Positions 25,076 through 36,207 of a DNA stretch of 64,000 nucleotides are shown in pieces (position 1 is the first letter of the stretch; each line of letters opens with the position of its first letter). The DNA lies in assembly GCF_963921235.1 (NCBI RefSeq), contig NC_086108.1, positions 96,288,001 to 96,352,000 of the forward strand, in the 5' to 3' direction. Below the pieces are notes generated by a model that was not told the origin of the DNA, searched no databases, and saw only the letters and a program-made list of their open reading frames with translations. The position numbers were made by a program, and so were the translations under genes. The stretch comes from Mobula hypostoma. Taxonomy: Eukaryota.

Positions 25076-26507
25076 CTGTTTTCCTCTGTTGCAAGTGATG
25101 AAAATAATTAAATAATTCAAATAATTTGTGAAATTTCACATTGCGGTTACTTACAATTGAAAAATAACTTTGATTCAGATGTATTAGGGAATTTGTAGGA
25201 GGTATATATCTGCTCTGTCTGCATTGTATTCTGTGTTGTGCATTTATTATGCTTATTATGGTAATTAGTTACATGAGTGGAGGCGTGGAAAAAGTGAAGG
25301 GAATAAGTTGCGTATTCCTGCTTATTTCGTGGCAGTTTGTGGCTTGGGACCAGCGGAGGCCATATCTTTGCTCACCATTTACTATCGCTTCAGGATTGTA
25401 TGTTTGCTAATTGCTAATAAAGGATCAAATTAAGGATTCAATTCTTTGGAACAATCATTTCTTCGGAGCTGAGGGTGTGTCATGCAAGTATATCAATGCC
25501 GTGGTGGTCGCAGGCTAGTGGTAATTGTTTTGTTTGGATTAGTTTTGCTGCTACAACGTTCACAAATTTACAAAAATACTGAATCAAAATAAATTCAAGC
25601 GGGAACGTTTATTTTCCCTGTTCTCCAGGATGAGGTCCCCTGGTGAAGTGAACTAGTCTTTGACCTTCTGCTCAGCTGACTGGGGTAGGATCAGAGAGAC
25701 GGTTCTATTCTTTTATTTAGAGATACAGCACGGTACTATAACAGAGCTTTCCAGCCCAACGAGCCCCTGCCACACACTATTGAATATTGTATATAACAAA
25801 GTAATTCTTAGACACCAGAAGAGGATAACCATTATAAAAATAGTTCCAGTTAACAAACTTGTGTGAAAATGAATCCTAACTCTGCAGTGATAAGATGCAT
25901 CAATGATAAATATATATTTAGGTTACAACAAGACTGATATGATGTAAGGCTGGGCTAAGAAGCGGCAGATGGAGTTCAATCTGGAACAGTGTGAAGTGAT
26001 TCAACTTGGAAGGGTTGATGGCAGGATTCTTAACAGAATGGAGGAACAGAGGGATCTTCAGGCCACATCTATAGATCGTTCAAAGTTACTGCACAAGTTG
26101 ATCGAATGGTTAAGAAGGTATATGGTGTGTTGAATTTATCAGGATGCTACATGGATTAGACAGCAAGTCTTATGAGGGAAGTTTGAAAGAGCTAAGACTT
26201 TTCTCTTTGGAGTGAAGGAGAATGGGAGGTGGCTTGATTGAGGTGCATAAGATAACAAGAGGCATAGATAGAGTGGACTGTCGGCACCTTTTTCCTGGGG
26301 TCGAAACAGCTAATACGAAAGAGCATAATTTTAAGGTGACTAGAAGAAAGTGCCAGGCAGACTATCGAAGGTAGGCTTTTTACACAGAGTGTGGTAGGTG
26401 CATGGAATGCACTGCCAGCGTCAGTGATAGAGGCAGATACATTAGGAACATTTTAAGAGACTCTTAGATAGGAACATGGATGATTGAAAAAAAGAGAGCT
26501 TGTAGGA

Positions 26508-27200
26508 GTAACACACACAAAATGCTGGAGAAACTCAGCAGCCAGGCAACATCTATAGAAAAGAGTACTGTTGACGTTTTGAGCTGAGACCGTTCAGCAG
26601 GACTGGAGAAAAAAAGATGAGGAGTAGGTTAGAAGGGAGGGGATGAAGAAACACAAGGCGATAGGGTGAAACTGAGAGGGGGTGGGGTGAAGTGAAGAGC
26701 TGGGAATTTGACTGGTGAAAGAGATACAGGGCTGGAGAAGGGGGAGTTTGATAGGAGAGGACAGAAGGCCGTGGAAGAAAGAAAAAGGGGGAGGAGCACC
26801 AGGAGGCGATAGGCAGGCAAGGAGATAAGGTGAGAGAGGGAAATAAAAAGATTGATAAAGAAAGAGAGAGAGAGGTAAAAGAGGATGGGGAATAGAGAAG
26901 GTGTGGGGGGGTGGGGTAGCATTACTGGAAGTTTGAGAAATCGATGTTCATGCCATCAGGTTGGAGGCTACCCAGACAGAATATAAGGTGTTGCTCCTCC
27001 AACCTGAGTGTGACTTCATTGCAACAGTAGAGGAGACCTGTCAGAATGGGAATGGGAATGGGAGTTAAAATGGGTTGCCACTGAGAGATCCCACGCGTTC
27101 TGGTGGATGGAGCGTAGGTGCTCGGTGAAGCGGTCTCCCAACCTACGTCAGGTCTCACTGATGTACAGGAGGCCACACCGGGAGCACCAGATACAGTAGA
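26508..27200 (-). mobile_element. Penelope-like element 3' fragment (GIY-YIG remnant + tail)
   Basis: LRLEEQHLIFCLGSLQPDGMNIDFSNFQ; homologous to 5130-5810. Confidence 0.88.
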
Positions 27201-27234
27201 TATGGATAATGCAATACACAATAGTTACAATAGA

Positions 27235-27595
27235 TATGTAGGAGGTGGAGATACATCTCTACCTAAGGAGGGGTAAGGTGCTCCTTCCCTCTGCTAGCCG
27301 GCAGGTCACCCTCGGGCAAGGTGTAGCACAGTGTAGCTCCCCTGATCGTGGTCATGTGAAGCCATGGGAGCAGGTGGTGGATGGTCGTATGAGCAGCTGG
27401 TGCTTATCACAAGTCCTGGTTATGAGACCACTGACGCCAGACGGACAATCTCTGGGTTTACCCGTCTTGTAAAGACACTGCCTAGAAGAAGGTAATGGCA
27501 ATCCACTTCTAGAGAAAAATTTGCCAAGAACAATCATGCAATCATGGTCAAAAAGACCACGATGGCCCACGTCATACGACACAGCACATAATGAA
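27235..27595 (+). mobile_element. RTE-related SINE-like element
   Basis: 3' part GAAGAAGGTAATGGCAATCCACTTC..TGCCAAGAA resembles RTE/BovB-type tails (from recall). Confidence 0.55.
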
Positions 27596-29270
27596 CAAAC
27601 AGTGGATTGATTTTGGAGTAGGTTAAAAGGCTGGCACAAAATCGTGTGTTAAAGGGCCTGTAACGTGCTTTACTGGTCTACATTTTATGTTCTAAATTAT
27701 TTACCAATTATATAAAATAAAAATACCAAGCTTTAGGTCTGCCCACTTTCCATTAATTACTCTTTTCTTTTTAACATGTAGTTAGTTATAGTTACCCTTT
27801 AGATCTGGGGGCTATCAACAAGGCCAGTATTTATTACTCGCCCTTACTTGTCCTTGGGAAGGTCACGATGAGCTGCTTCTTGGACTGCTGCCGTCCTTCT
27901 GGTGTCAGGTCACCCTCAGTGCAGTAGAGCAATCGAGGAACAAGGGTCAATTTATTCCCCGTATACATTTACATGTATTCAGAACTTGCTGTGGCTTGTT
28001 GGTCAGGAAGTGACATGCAACAAAAAAAGACACCATTCAAACAATTATAAAGAATAAAGAATTATATAAAAAAATAAAGTTAGAGGTTAAAGTACGGATA
28101 TAGAATAAATATGCATAAATGCATTAACACCAGCATGGACTTATAATGCAAATAGCATTGTAAAAAGAGTTTTAAAGTGTTTTTACAGTGCAGTGACCGA
28201 GTTAATATATAGAGGGGCGTGGGGCTAACTAGAATGGTTGATCAGATTAAATGCCTAGGGGAAGAAACTTTTCGGATGGTATGAAGTTTTGGTTGTACAG
28301 CACTTTCCAGAAGGGAGTTTTAGGAAAAATTGGATTTGCAGAGCGGGAAGTGCCCACAATTGTTCAAAGTACAAAGTTCAAAGTAAATTTATTATCAAAG
28401 TACATATATGTCACCAAATACAACCCTAAGGTTCGATTTCTTGTGGGAGGGTGTTTTGGGATGTAGACTTGGTGACCATGGGGAAATAGTGATACGTTTC
28501 CAAGTCAGAGCGGTTTGTGACTGGTGTGGAACCTGCTGTCCTTGTCCTTCCTAATGGCAGAGGTCATGGGTCAGAGGTAAATCTGGGTAAATAACTTCGG
28601 TGTGTCTTGTAAACAGAATAAGAGGGAAGGCCAGATGGCTTGGAACAATCACTGAGATTTCTATGATGCTACATTCTTCATGTTATGGAATTATAGTGTT
28701 GGATCCTGCATTGCAAAATCACCACCAGGGTTTCAGCCATTTATTAGGTGTTATTAAGAACATCTCATTTTTGGTTGGTTGGTTTTGGTCATTTATTGTG
28801 TGTTTATTATTAAAAACAAAGAAAAAACAAACTGACCAAAAAAGTTGTGGTCGTCCTATACTAAAAGCGAGCTCAGACTTGACCAAACCAGTACATTTTC
28901 GGTGATAAGAATAACCTATGAAATAGCCAAATGCAGTGGCTTGACATCTGCTGCATAGAAACTTCTGGAAAAATACCAAATCATCTGTACTACAATTATT
29001 GAAAAATTCACTGAACAGTTACATGTATATCGGTGAAAAATACAGAAAAGTTAAACTACAAGACAAGTCACACTTTTAAACTCTAATTTAATAATGGATG
29101 ATATGAAGAACAGGTGCCTTGGTCCAAATCACCATGCCGCAAGTTAAACTAGCAATGAAAGCTGTAGCAACCCCTCCAAAAATCTCTGACAGCTCAACCA
29201 TATGAGTGATATCAGCCCAGTAGCCATTAGCAGTGTGAAAGGTTCAAATCAAATGGTTCAATTTAAGGAG

Positions 29271-29920
29271 AGGAGAAGATGGCGGCGTGACCCAGCTCGC
29301 AGCGGCCACTCCGGTGGTGATATCTGTCATTTGTCAAGTAGGGTGCCGTGCACAATCCTGATTTGATAGAGACGGACATGAGAGCACGGAGGAATATCTG
29401 GTGAAACTTCTGAAATGCCTGCTTTGCTGCTGCTGCTACTGTGTGGTCCAGAATCTCCGGAGGGGAAGGCCCCGAGTTCTCGGCTTTGCTTGTTGCTCGG
29501 CGGCCGGGGCGGGGTCGAAGCGCTGGGCAGAGGATGGTGCTCGGTGTCGGAGGCTCGAAGTTTTCGGACGGACTCAGAGTCCGCTGCAGTCGGGTGCTTC
29601 CAATGGTGCTGCATCGGCAAGTTTGCAGTGCTTGGAGGTTCCTGGCGGGGAGAGTTTCTCCCTTCTACCGTCGCATGAGATGATGAAGCTATCGGGACTT
29701 TGAGAATTTTTTTTTTTACAGTGCCCATGGTCTGCTCTTTATCAAATTACGGTATTGCTTTGCACTGTTGTAACTATATGTTATAATTATGTGGTTTTTT
29801 CAGTTTTAGTCTTGGTTTGTCCCGTGTTTCTTGCGATATCATTCTGGAGGAACATTGTATCATTTTTTAATGCATGCATTTTTAATGACAATAAACGAGG
29901 ACTGAGTGTCCTCATAATCT
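29271..29920 (+). mobile_element. Non-autonomous LINE-derived element, CpG-rich, nested in an antisense element (about 29240-30170)
   Basis: Head GGAGAAGATGGCGGCG; colinear with 19298-19910; the flanks rejoin as the tail also seen at 3990-4130. Confidence 0.75.
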
Positions 29921-31039
29921 AAATATCAGAGAATGTATAGTATAAAACCTGAAATTCTTACTTTTCACAGACATCCACAAAACAAGAAACCCCATAGAAT
30001 GAATGATAGAAACATCAGAACCCTAAAGCCCCCCTCCCATGCACAACCAACAACAGAAGCATCAACCGCCTCCCCTCTTGCGCCAGCACAAACACTGACT
30101 CCCACCCTCCCCATGATGCAAGCAATAACAAAACCCCAACCCCTCAAAAGAGACCTTGATCTAGAGGTGAATGCCAACACCCCATTGTTTGGTTACTGTC
30201 ATAAGCTTTATTGCCAAAGTTGACTTTTGAATTGTTTCAAGGTTCAAGATTCAACATGGAAATTTATTTGTCAAGTGTACACACAGTGAGATGCATCATT
30301 TGCATTAATAACCAGTACACCCAAGGGACGCGTGGCGTCACTTGCAGCCCCCAGGGTCCGCACATATCCTGGCACTAACATTACATGCCCACAACGCTCA
30401 GCAGAACAACACAGAGCACAACAAGCAACAAAACAACAACCGCAAAAAAATTCCCCGTTCCTCTGTCCCACACACGCACATAAACAGTCCTATAACCCCA
30501 GATCAGGCCTCAGGGTTTGGCAGCCCCAGGGAGCAATGAACCTACTGGAATACAGCCAGTGAAAGCAACTGGGATCATTGGGAAAGGGGGCAAAGGAGAC
30601 AGTAAATTCCCCTTTAAGAAACAAGCTGATGTGCGCAAGCACGGGTTGATGGGAAAATATCGGATTCAGGGTTTGGATGCAAGTAGGCTTTATTCAGAGC
30701 CAATATTGTAACTGTTTGTACAGCTGTGCCCATCAAAGTGAAGATACAGCCAGCGATTGTTAACTCAGCCAGGCTTGCAAACTTCAAATACTTGTAGAAT
30801 AATTAAAACAAACAGCAAAGAAAGTTCCTCTTTTATTGATCTAACTCTGCCATTCACGAGATGAATCAACATGCAGATTTTCTATGGAAAAGTTAACCAA
30901 GTCCAATTCCAAAATAATGAACGTCGGTGGTAGCATGTATGATTAAATCATCATTGCTGGCTCACAGAGAGAAAGGACAGTTGCAGATTAAGAACTTCTA
31001 GCAGAAATCAGGTACTCACTACCCATTATATGTATATAT

Positions 31040-31665
31040 TTATTTATTTAGTGATCCAGTGCGGAATAGGCCATTCTGGCTCTTCGAGCCCCACCGCCCG
31101 GCAACCCCTGACTTAACCCTAGCCTAATCACAGGACAATTTACAATGACCATTAACCTACCAACCAGTACGTCTTTGGACTGTGGGAGGAAACTGGAGCA
31201 CCCAGAGGAAACCCAGGTGTTCCGGCGGAGGGATATACAGACTCCTCACAGAGGACATCAGAACTGAACTTTGAACTCCGACATCCTGAGCTGTAATAGC
31301 GTTGCGCCAACCACTACGTTACCATGGTGCCCGCACCGACTAAATGAGAACCAACTGCTGACAAAGCTCAGGTAACAGATTTCAAACTATCTTCTGTTCT
31401 ATTTTATTTTATTTAGAGACACAGACCCTTACGGCCCATCGAGCCACGTTGCCCAGCAACCCACCTATCTAACACCAAACTAATCATAGGATAATTTACA
31501 ATGATCAATTAACCTTCTAGCTTGTACGTCTTTGGAATGCGGGAGGAAACTGGAGTACCCGGAGGAAACCCACGCGATTCATGGGGAAAACGTACAAATT
31601 CATAATAAACAGCATCGTGATTGAACTTTGAAATGCCCCGAGCTGAATAACATCACACTAACTGC
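31040..31665 (-). mobile_element. Two adjacent antisense V-SINEs (about 31040-31335 and 31400-31665)
   Basis: Both contain CGTCTTTGGA..GGGAGGAAACTGGAG.ACCC.GAGGAAACCCA. Confidence 0.85.
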
Positions 31666-31796
31666 TAGTTATCTCTATTCTCTGTGGATAAAGTTTTTGT
31701 TTTACTGAGGATACTCTCTAAGACTTCATAAATTTGACTTTTGGAAATGAATATTTGTCCAAAATTTCTGCAAATTTACGTACTCCGGTACTTAAC

Positions 31797-32002
31797 CCTG
31801 TACCAGTGGAAAAGCCTGGCATCGCCTCTCTGTCCTGTACAAGCTGGGAGCTCCTGAATTTCCATACAGCTGATAGCTGCAGTCAGTATCTCTGCACTCT
31901 TCAGCTGGGCATTGCGGATTCCGATCGGGAAGAGTGAATCTCCGCAGATCCCCATCAGCAATGTCAGGATATCTGCCTGCTGAACCTGTGACAGATCTAA
32001 CC
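31797..32002 (-). CDS. Weak candidate host exon, unidentified
   Basis: GC-richer unique island in AT-rich flanks; CTGAC..CACCAG| acceptor-like site; open frame LDLSQVQQADILTLLMGICGDSLFPIG..LFHWYR; poor donor. Confidence 0.25.
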
Positions 32003-32229
32003 TGGTGCAGGTCAGTGAAATCATTCACTTCAATCGAGAGAGAGGCACATTTCTGGTCATTTTCCTTTTTTAAAAAATCACCTGTTAATTTCAATGTAAT
32101 ACATCCTGTTTTAAGTTCTTACTTTTTTTTATCATTTAGAATGTTTCAATGTGAATTTCCTTTTCAGGTTTTTGGATATCTTCCAAGTCAGACACATTCA
32201 TAAGCAATCAAACCTTTTAAGAGCTGAGC

Positions 32230-33166
32230 CGCACAAGTTAACAGAGGTGTTAAGAAGGGGTATGGTGTGTTGGCCTTCTTTAGTCAGGGGACTGAGTTCA
32301 AGAGCTGTGGGGTAATGTTGCAGCTCTATAAAACCCTGATATGACCATGCTTGGAATCCGGTTGCCTTATATGAAGGATGAGGAAGCTTTAGGGAGGGTA
32401 CAGAGGAGATTTACCTGGATTGGAGAGCATGTCTTACGAGGATAGGTTGAGTGAGTTAGGTCATTTCCCTTTGGAGTGAAGGAGGATGAGAGGGAGCTTG
32501 CCAGGGGTGTATAAAATAACAAGAGAAAATGTCTCTGTGTGGACAGGCGGAGGTACTTTCCCAGGGCAGATATAGTTAAAAGGAGGAGACATAATTTTAA
32601 GGTGATTGGTGGTAAGTACACTCAGTAGCCACTTATTAAGTCCACCAGTACACCTGCTCTGTAATGCAAATATCTAATCAGCCAATCATGTGGCAGCAAC
32701 CCAATGCATAAAAGCATGCAGACACGGTCCAGAGGTTTAGTTGTTTTTTTTAGACCAAACATCAGAATGGAGAAGCAATGTGATCTAAGTGACGTTGACG
32801 GTGACGGTGGAATGGTTGTTGGTGCCAGACAGGGTGGTTTGAGTGTCTCAGAAACTGCTGATTTCCTGGGATTTTCACACGCACCAGTCTCTAGGCTTTA
32901 TAGAGAATGGTGTAAAAAACAAAAAACACATCTGGTGAGTGGCAGTTCTATGAGGAAAAACACCTTGTTAATGAGAGAGGTCCGAGGAGGCAGTAATACA
33001 AGTACACGCATTACAGCAGTGATGTACTGGCGTGCAGAAGAGCATCTCAGAATGCACAACATGTTGAACTTTGAAGTGAATGGGCTACAGCAGCAAATGA
33101 GCACGGACATACACTCAGTGGCCATTTTATTAGGTGCGCTGTGTGATTAGGGATGGTGTCAGCAGT

Positions 33167-33202
<36 letters not shown>

Positions 33203-33425
33203 GAGTGTCGTGGTTGTGTGGAATGCCCGCCAGAGGTGGTGGTAGAGGCAGATATATTAGGGACATTTAAGAAACTGTTAGATAGGCACGTGGATGATAG
33301 AAAAATGGAGAGCTACTGTGTGTAGAATTAGATTGATCTTAGATAGAGCAGGTTAAAATGCTGGCACAACATCAAAGGCTGAAGGGTCTGTAATTTGCTG
33401 TAGTGTTCTATGTCCTGTGTTCTCT
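32230..33425 (+). mobile_element. CR1 3' fragment interrupted by a Tc1 derivative
   Basis: CR1 sequence breaks at TA 32617-32618 and resumes at about 33148. Confidence 0.8.
32619..33147 (+). mobile_element. Tc1-like non-autonomous DNA transposon
   Basis: TA|CACTCAGTAGCCACTTATTAAG TIR; CDLSD..GMVVGARQGGLSVSETADFLGFS (paired-like HTH). Confidence 0.85.
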
Positions 33426-33894
33426 CTTGGTAGTATAGCTTTACCAGGTGTGTTATTTGACATCTGGAGTCCATACAGATGCACTGCATGGGTAATCTGA
33501 GCATCAGCAGTATCCTTATCAAAATTTGCAGCCATTAAGTTTGCAAATGACTATTTTTTGTATCCACAGATAAACGGAGCAAGATCCATTTGTTCTCTCC
33601 ACTATTTGGAAACGGAAGGAGGCCTGTTGCTATTAAAATAATAATAAATGCAGAGCAGACCAACATGACTATATCTAGTCATTAGGGTTATAAACAGGAA
33701 CACAGGCAACACTGAAGTGGAAAATTTCCTCCCTGTAACAGTAAGATAGATAGCTCCCTCCATGAACTTTCAACAGTGAGATTTATTGCATATCTTTGAT
33801 AAGTCTCCCAATAATATTTCTTTGCGTGTTTTATGAAGAACGCATCTTTATTAAAGTTCAAAATTCAAAGTGCATATATGTTACCATATACTAC

Positions 33895-34400
33895 ATGGAG
33901 GGTGTTCAGAGGAGGTTCACAAGGATGATTCCAGGAATGAAAGGATTATCATATGAGGAACATTTGAGGGCTCTGGTCTGTACTCACCGGAATTTAGAAG
34001 GATGAGGTGGCATGTCATTGAAACCTTTCTAATGTTGGAAGGCCTAGACAGATTATATGTGAAAAGGGTGTTTCACATGGTGGGGGAGTCTCGGACAAGC
34101 AGGCACAGCCTCAGGATAGAGGCTGTCCATTTAAAACAGAGATGCGGAGAAATTTCTTTAGCCAGACGGTGGTGAATTTGTGGGATTTATTACCACAGGC
34201 AGCTGTGGAGGCCAGGTCGTTTGGTGTATTTAAGGAAGAGCTTGATAGGTTCTTGATTAGACACAGCATCAAAGGTTACGGGGAGAAGACCGTGGAGTGG
34301 GGCTGAGGAGAGGGGAAAAAGGATCAGCCATGATTGAATGGCAGAGCAGACTTGATGGGCCAAATGGCCTATTTCTGCTCCCAAGTCATATGGTCTTATA
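33895..34400 (+). mobile_element. CR1 3' fragment
   Basis: EGVQRRFTRMIPGMKGLSYEE followed by the CR1 tail. Confidence 0.85.
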
Positions 34401-34700
34401 GTTGAAATGACTTAGATGAAGGGGTGATGCTACCATAGCCAGATTTACAAAGGTAAGTGCAGCTTATTCTCCTTTCAAGGTAGAAAATGACAGAAAATGC
34501 AATATGTAATTTTCACGAACATTATTACTAGATTTAACTTAGAGGAATCCACGGGCAAGGATCCCTCTGTTCTTCCACACCGCAAAGGATCCTGCCATTA
34601 ACTTTGTACTCTATCTTCAAGTTCAACCTTCCGAAGTGAATCACTTCACAATTTTCTGGATTGAACTCCACTGGCCACGTCTCTGCCTAGCTCTGCATCA

Positions 34701-35004
34701 AGAGTCTGAGTGGGAGTGCCGAGAAAGAGATTTTTGAAATTTTCGTTATTTTTTTTTCTCCAACGGCTTTCTGAGAGGCGAGACTGCGCAGGCGTGTGAC
34801 GTCGGGCAGTGCAGCGCGGCAGATTTAAAAGGGCAGACATCCTGCTTCGGGTTTGATTCGAAGAAGGAGTCTGAGAGTCTGAGTGGGAGTGCCGAGAAAG
34901 AAATTTTTGAAATTCTCGTTATTTTTTTTCTCCAACGGCTTTCTGAGAGGCGGGACTGCGCAGGCGTGTGACGTCGGGCAGTGCAGCGCGGCAGATTTAA
35001 AAGG
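34701..35004 (+). promoter_or_regulatory. Tandem 5' UTR monomers (173-bp period), putative Pol II promoter
   Basis: 34701-34832 is repeated at 34874-35004. Each unit is CpG-rich with GGCG(G/A)GACT, TGCGCAGGCG (NRF1-like), TGACGTCG (CRE-like) and TTTAAAA. The repeat is seen directly; promoter function is inferred. Confidence 0.6.
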
Positions 35005-35166
35005 AACAGAGCCTCATAGAGCGGGCAGCGTAGTTTGCGGGCGGCGGAGTGAGCCGGGAGCAGAGTGAAGACTTAAGGGCTTCGGCTCACCGGGCTGAGG
35101 CGGAAGCGGGCGAGGTGAGGAAGGTTTGACATTCATTTTCTGTTGTTATTTGAGGAGAGGGGCAGT

Positions 35167-36207
35167 ATGAGTGTGAGGGCAGTTTACTGTTCTCGGTGTC
35201 GGATGTGGGAGGCCCTGGAGTCTCCAAGCCTCCCGGACGTCTACATCTGCGCCAAGTGCATCGAGATGCAGCTCCTAAGGGACCGCGTTACGGAACTGGA
35301 GCTGCAGCTCGATGACCTTCGTCTGGTCAGGGAGAGCGAGGAGGTGATAGAGAGGAGTGGAAGGCAGGTGGTCACGCCAGGGCCACGGGAGGCAGATAAG
35401 TGGGTCACGGTTAGGAGAGGGAAGGGGAAAAGTCAGGTGATGGGGAGCACCCCGGTGGCTGTGCCCCTTAACAACAGGTACTCCTGTTTGAGTACTGTTG
35501 GGGGGGACAGCTTACCCGGGGGAAGCAACAGTGGCCCTGCCTCCGGCACAGAGTCTGGCCCTGTAGCTCAGAAGGGTAGGGCAAGGAAGAGGAGGGCAGT
35601 TGTGATAGGGGACTCGATAGTAAGGGGGTCAGATAGGCGATTCTGTGGACGCAGTCCAGAGATCCGGATGGTAGTTTGCCTCCCTGGTGCCAGGGTCCGG
35701 GATATTTCTGATCGTGTCCAAGATATCCTGAAGTGGGAGGGTGAGGAGCCAGAGGTCGTGGTACATATAGGTACCAATGACATAGGTAGGAAAAGGGATG
35801 AGGTCCTGAAAGGAGAATATAGGGAGCTCGGAAGGGAGTTGAGAAAAAGGACCGCAAAGGTAGTAATCTCGGGATTACTGCCTGTGCCACGCGACAGTGA
35901 GAGTAGGAATGCGATGAGGTGGAGGATAAATGTGTGGCTGAGGGATTGGAGCAGGGGGCAGGGATTCAAGTTTTTGGATCATTGGGACCTCTTTTGGCGC
36001 AGGCGTGACCTGTACAAAAAGGACGGGTTACACTTGAATCCTAGGGGGACCAATATCCTGGCGGGGAGATTAGCGGGGGCTACTGAGGTGACTTTAAACG
36101 AGAATGGTTGGGGGGTGGGAATCAAATTAAAGAGGCTAGGCGTGAGGAGGTTAGTTCACAACAGAGGGATGGGAACCAGTGCAGAGAGACAGAGGGGTGT
36201 AAAGTGA
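35167..36207 (+). CDS. CR1 ORF1p: CxxC..CxxC zinc finger, coiled coil, SGNH/GDSL esterase
   Basis: ATG at 35167 is conserved in the second copy. CSRC..CAKC; LRDRVTELELQLDDL heptads; SGNH blocks GDSIVRG, PGA, HIGTND, DGLHL. The sister copy's stop TAG is GAG here (36100-36102), extending the ORF to 36207. Confidence 0.93.
   Translation: MSVRAVYCSRCRMWEALESPSLPDVYICAKCIEMQLLRDRVTELELQLDDLRLVRESEEVIERSGRQVVTPGPREADKWVTVRRGKGKSQVMGSTPVAVPLNNRYSCLSTVGGDSLPGGSNSGPASGTESGPVAQKGRARKRRAVVIGDSIVRGSDRRFCGRSPEIRMVVCLPGARVRDISDRVQDILKWEGEEPEVVVHIGTNDIGRKRDEVLKGEYRELGRELRKRTAKVVISGLLPVPRDSESRNAMRWRINVWLRDWSRGQGFKFLDHWDLFWRRRDLYKKDGLHLNPRGTNILAGRLAGATEVTLNENGWGVGIKLKRLGVRRLVHNRGMGTSAERQRGVK

Larger units (their letters stand above)
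25920..27693 (+). mobile_element. CR1 3' fragment split by Penelope and RTE-type insertions
   Basis: WQMEFN..CEVI and EQRDL remnants at 25920-26505; the tail resumes at about 27600-27693. Confidence 0.75.

Noticed and set aside
35167..36102. SGNH/GDSL esterase as a captured bacterial or host enzyme
   Set aside because: An esterase domain is an established part of ORF1p in many CR1/L2-clade LINEs.
36104..36130. ATG just after the ORF1 stop position as the ORF2 start (stop-restart)
   Set aside because: It is out of frame with ORF2, closes at TAA after 8 codons in both copies, and is absent from the older copy at 55591.
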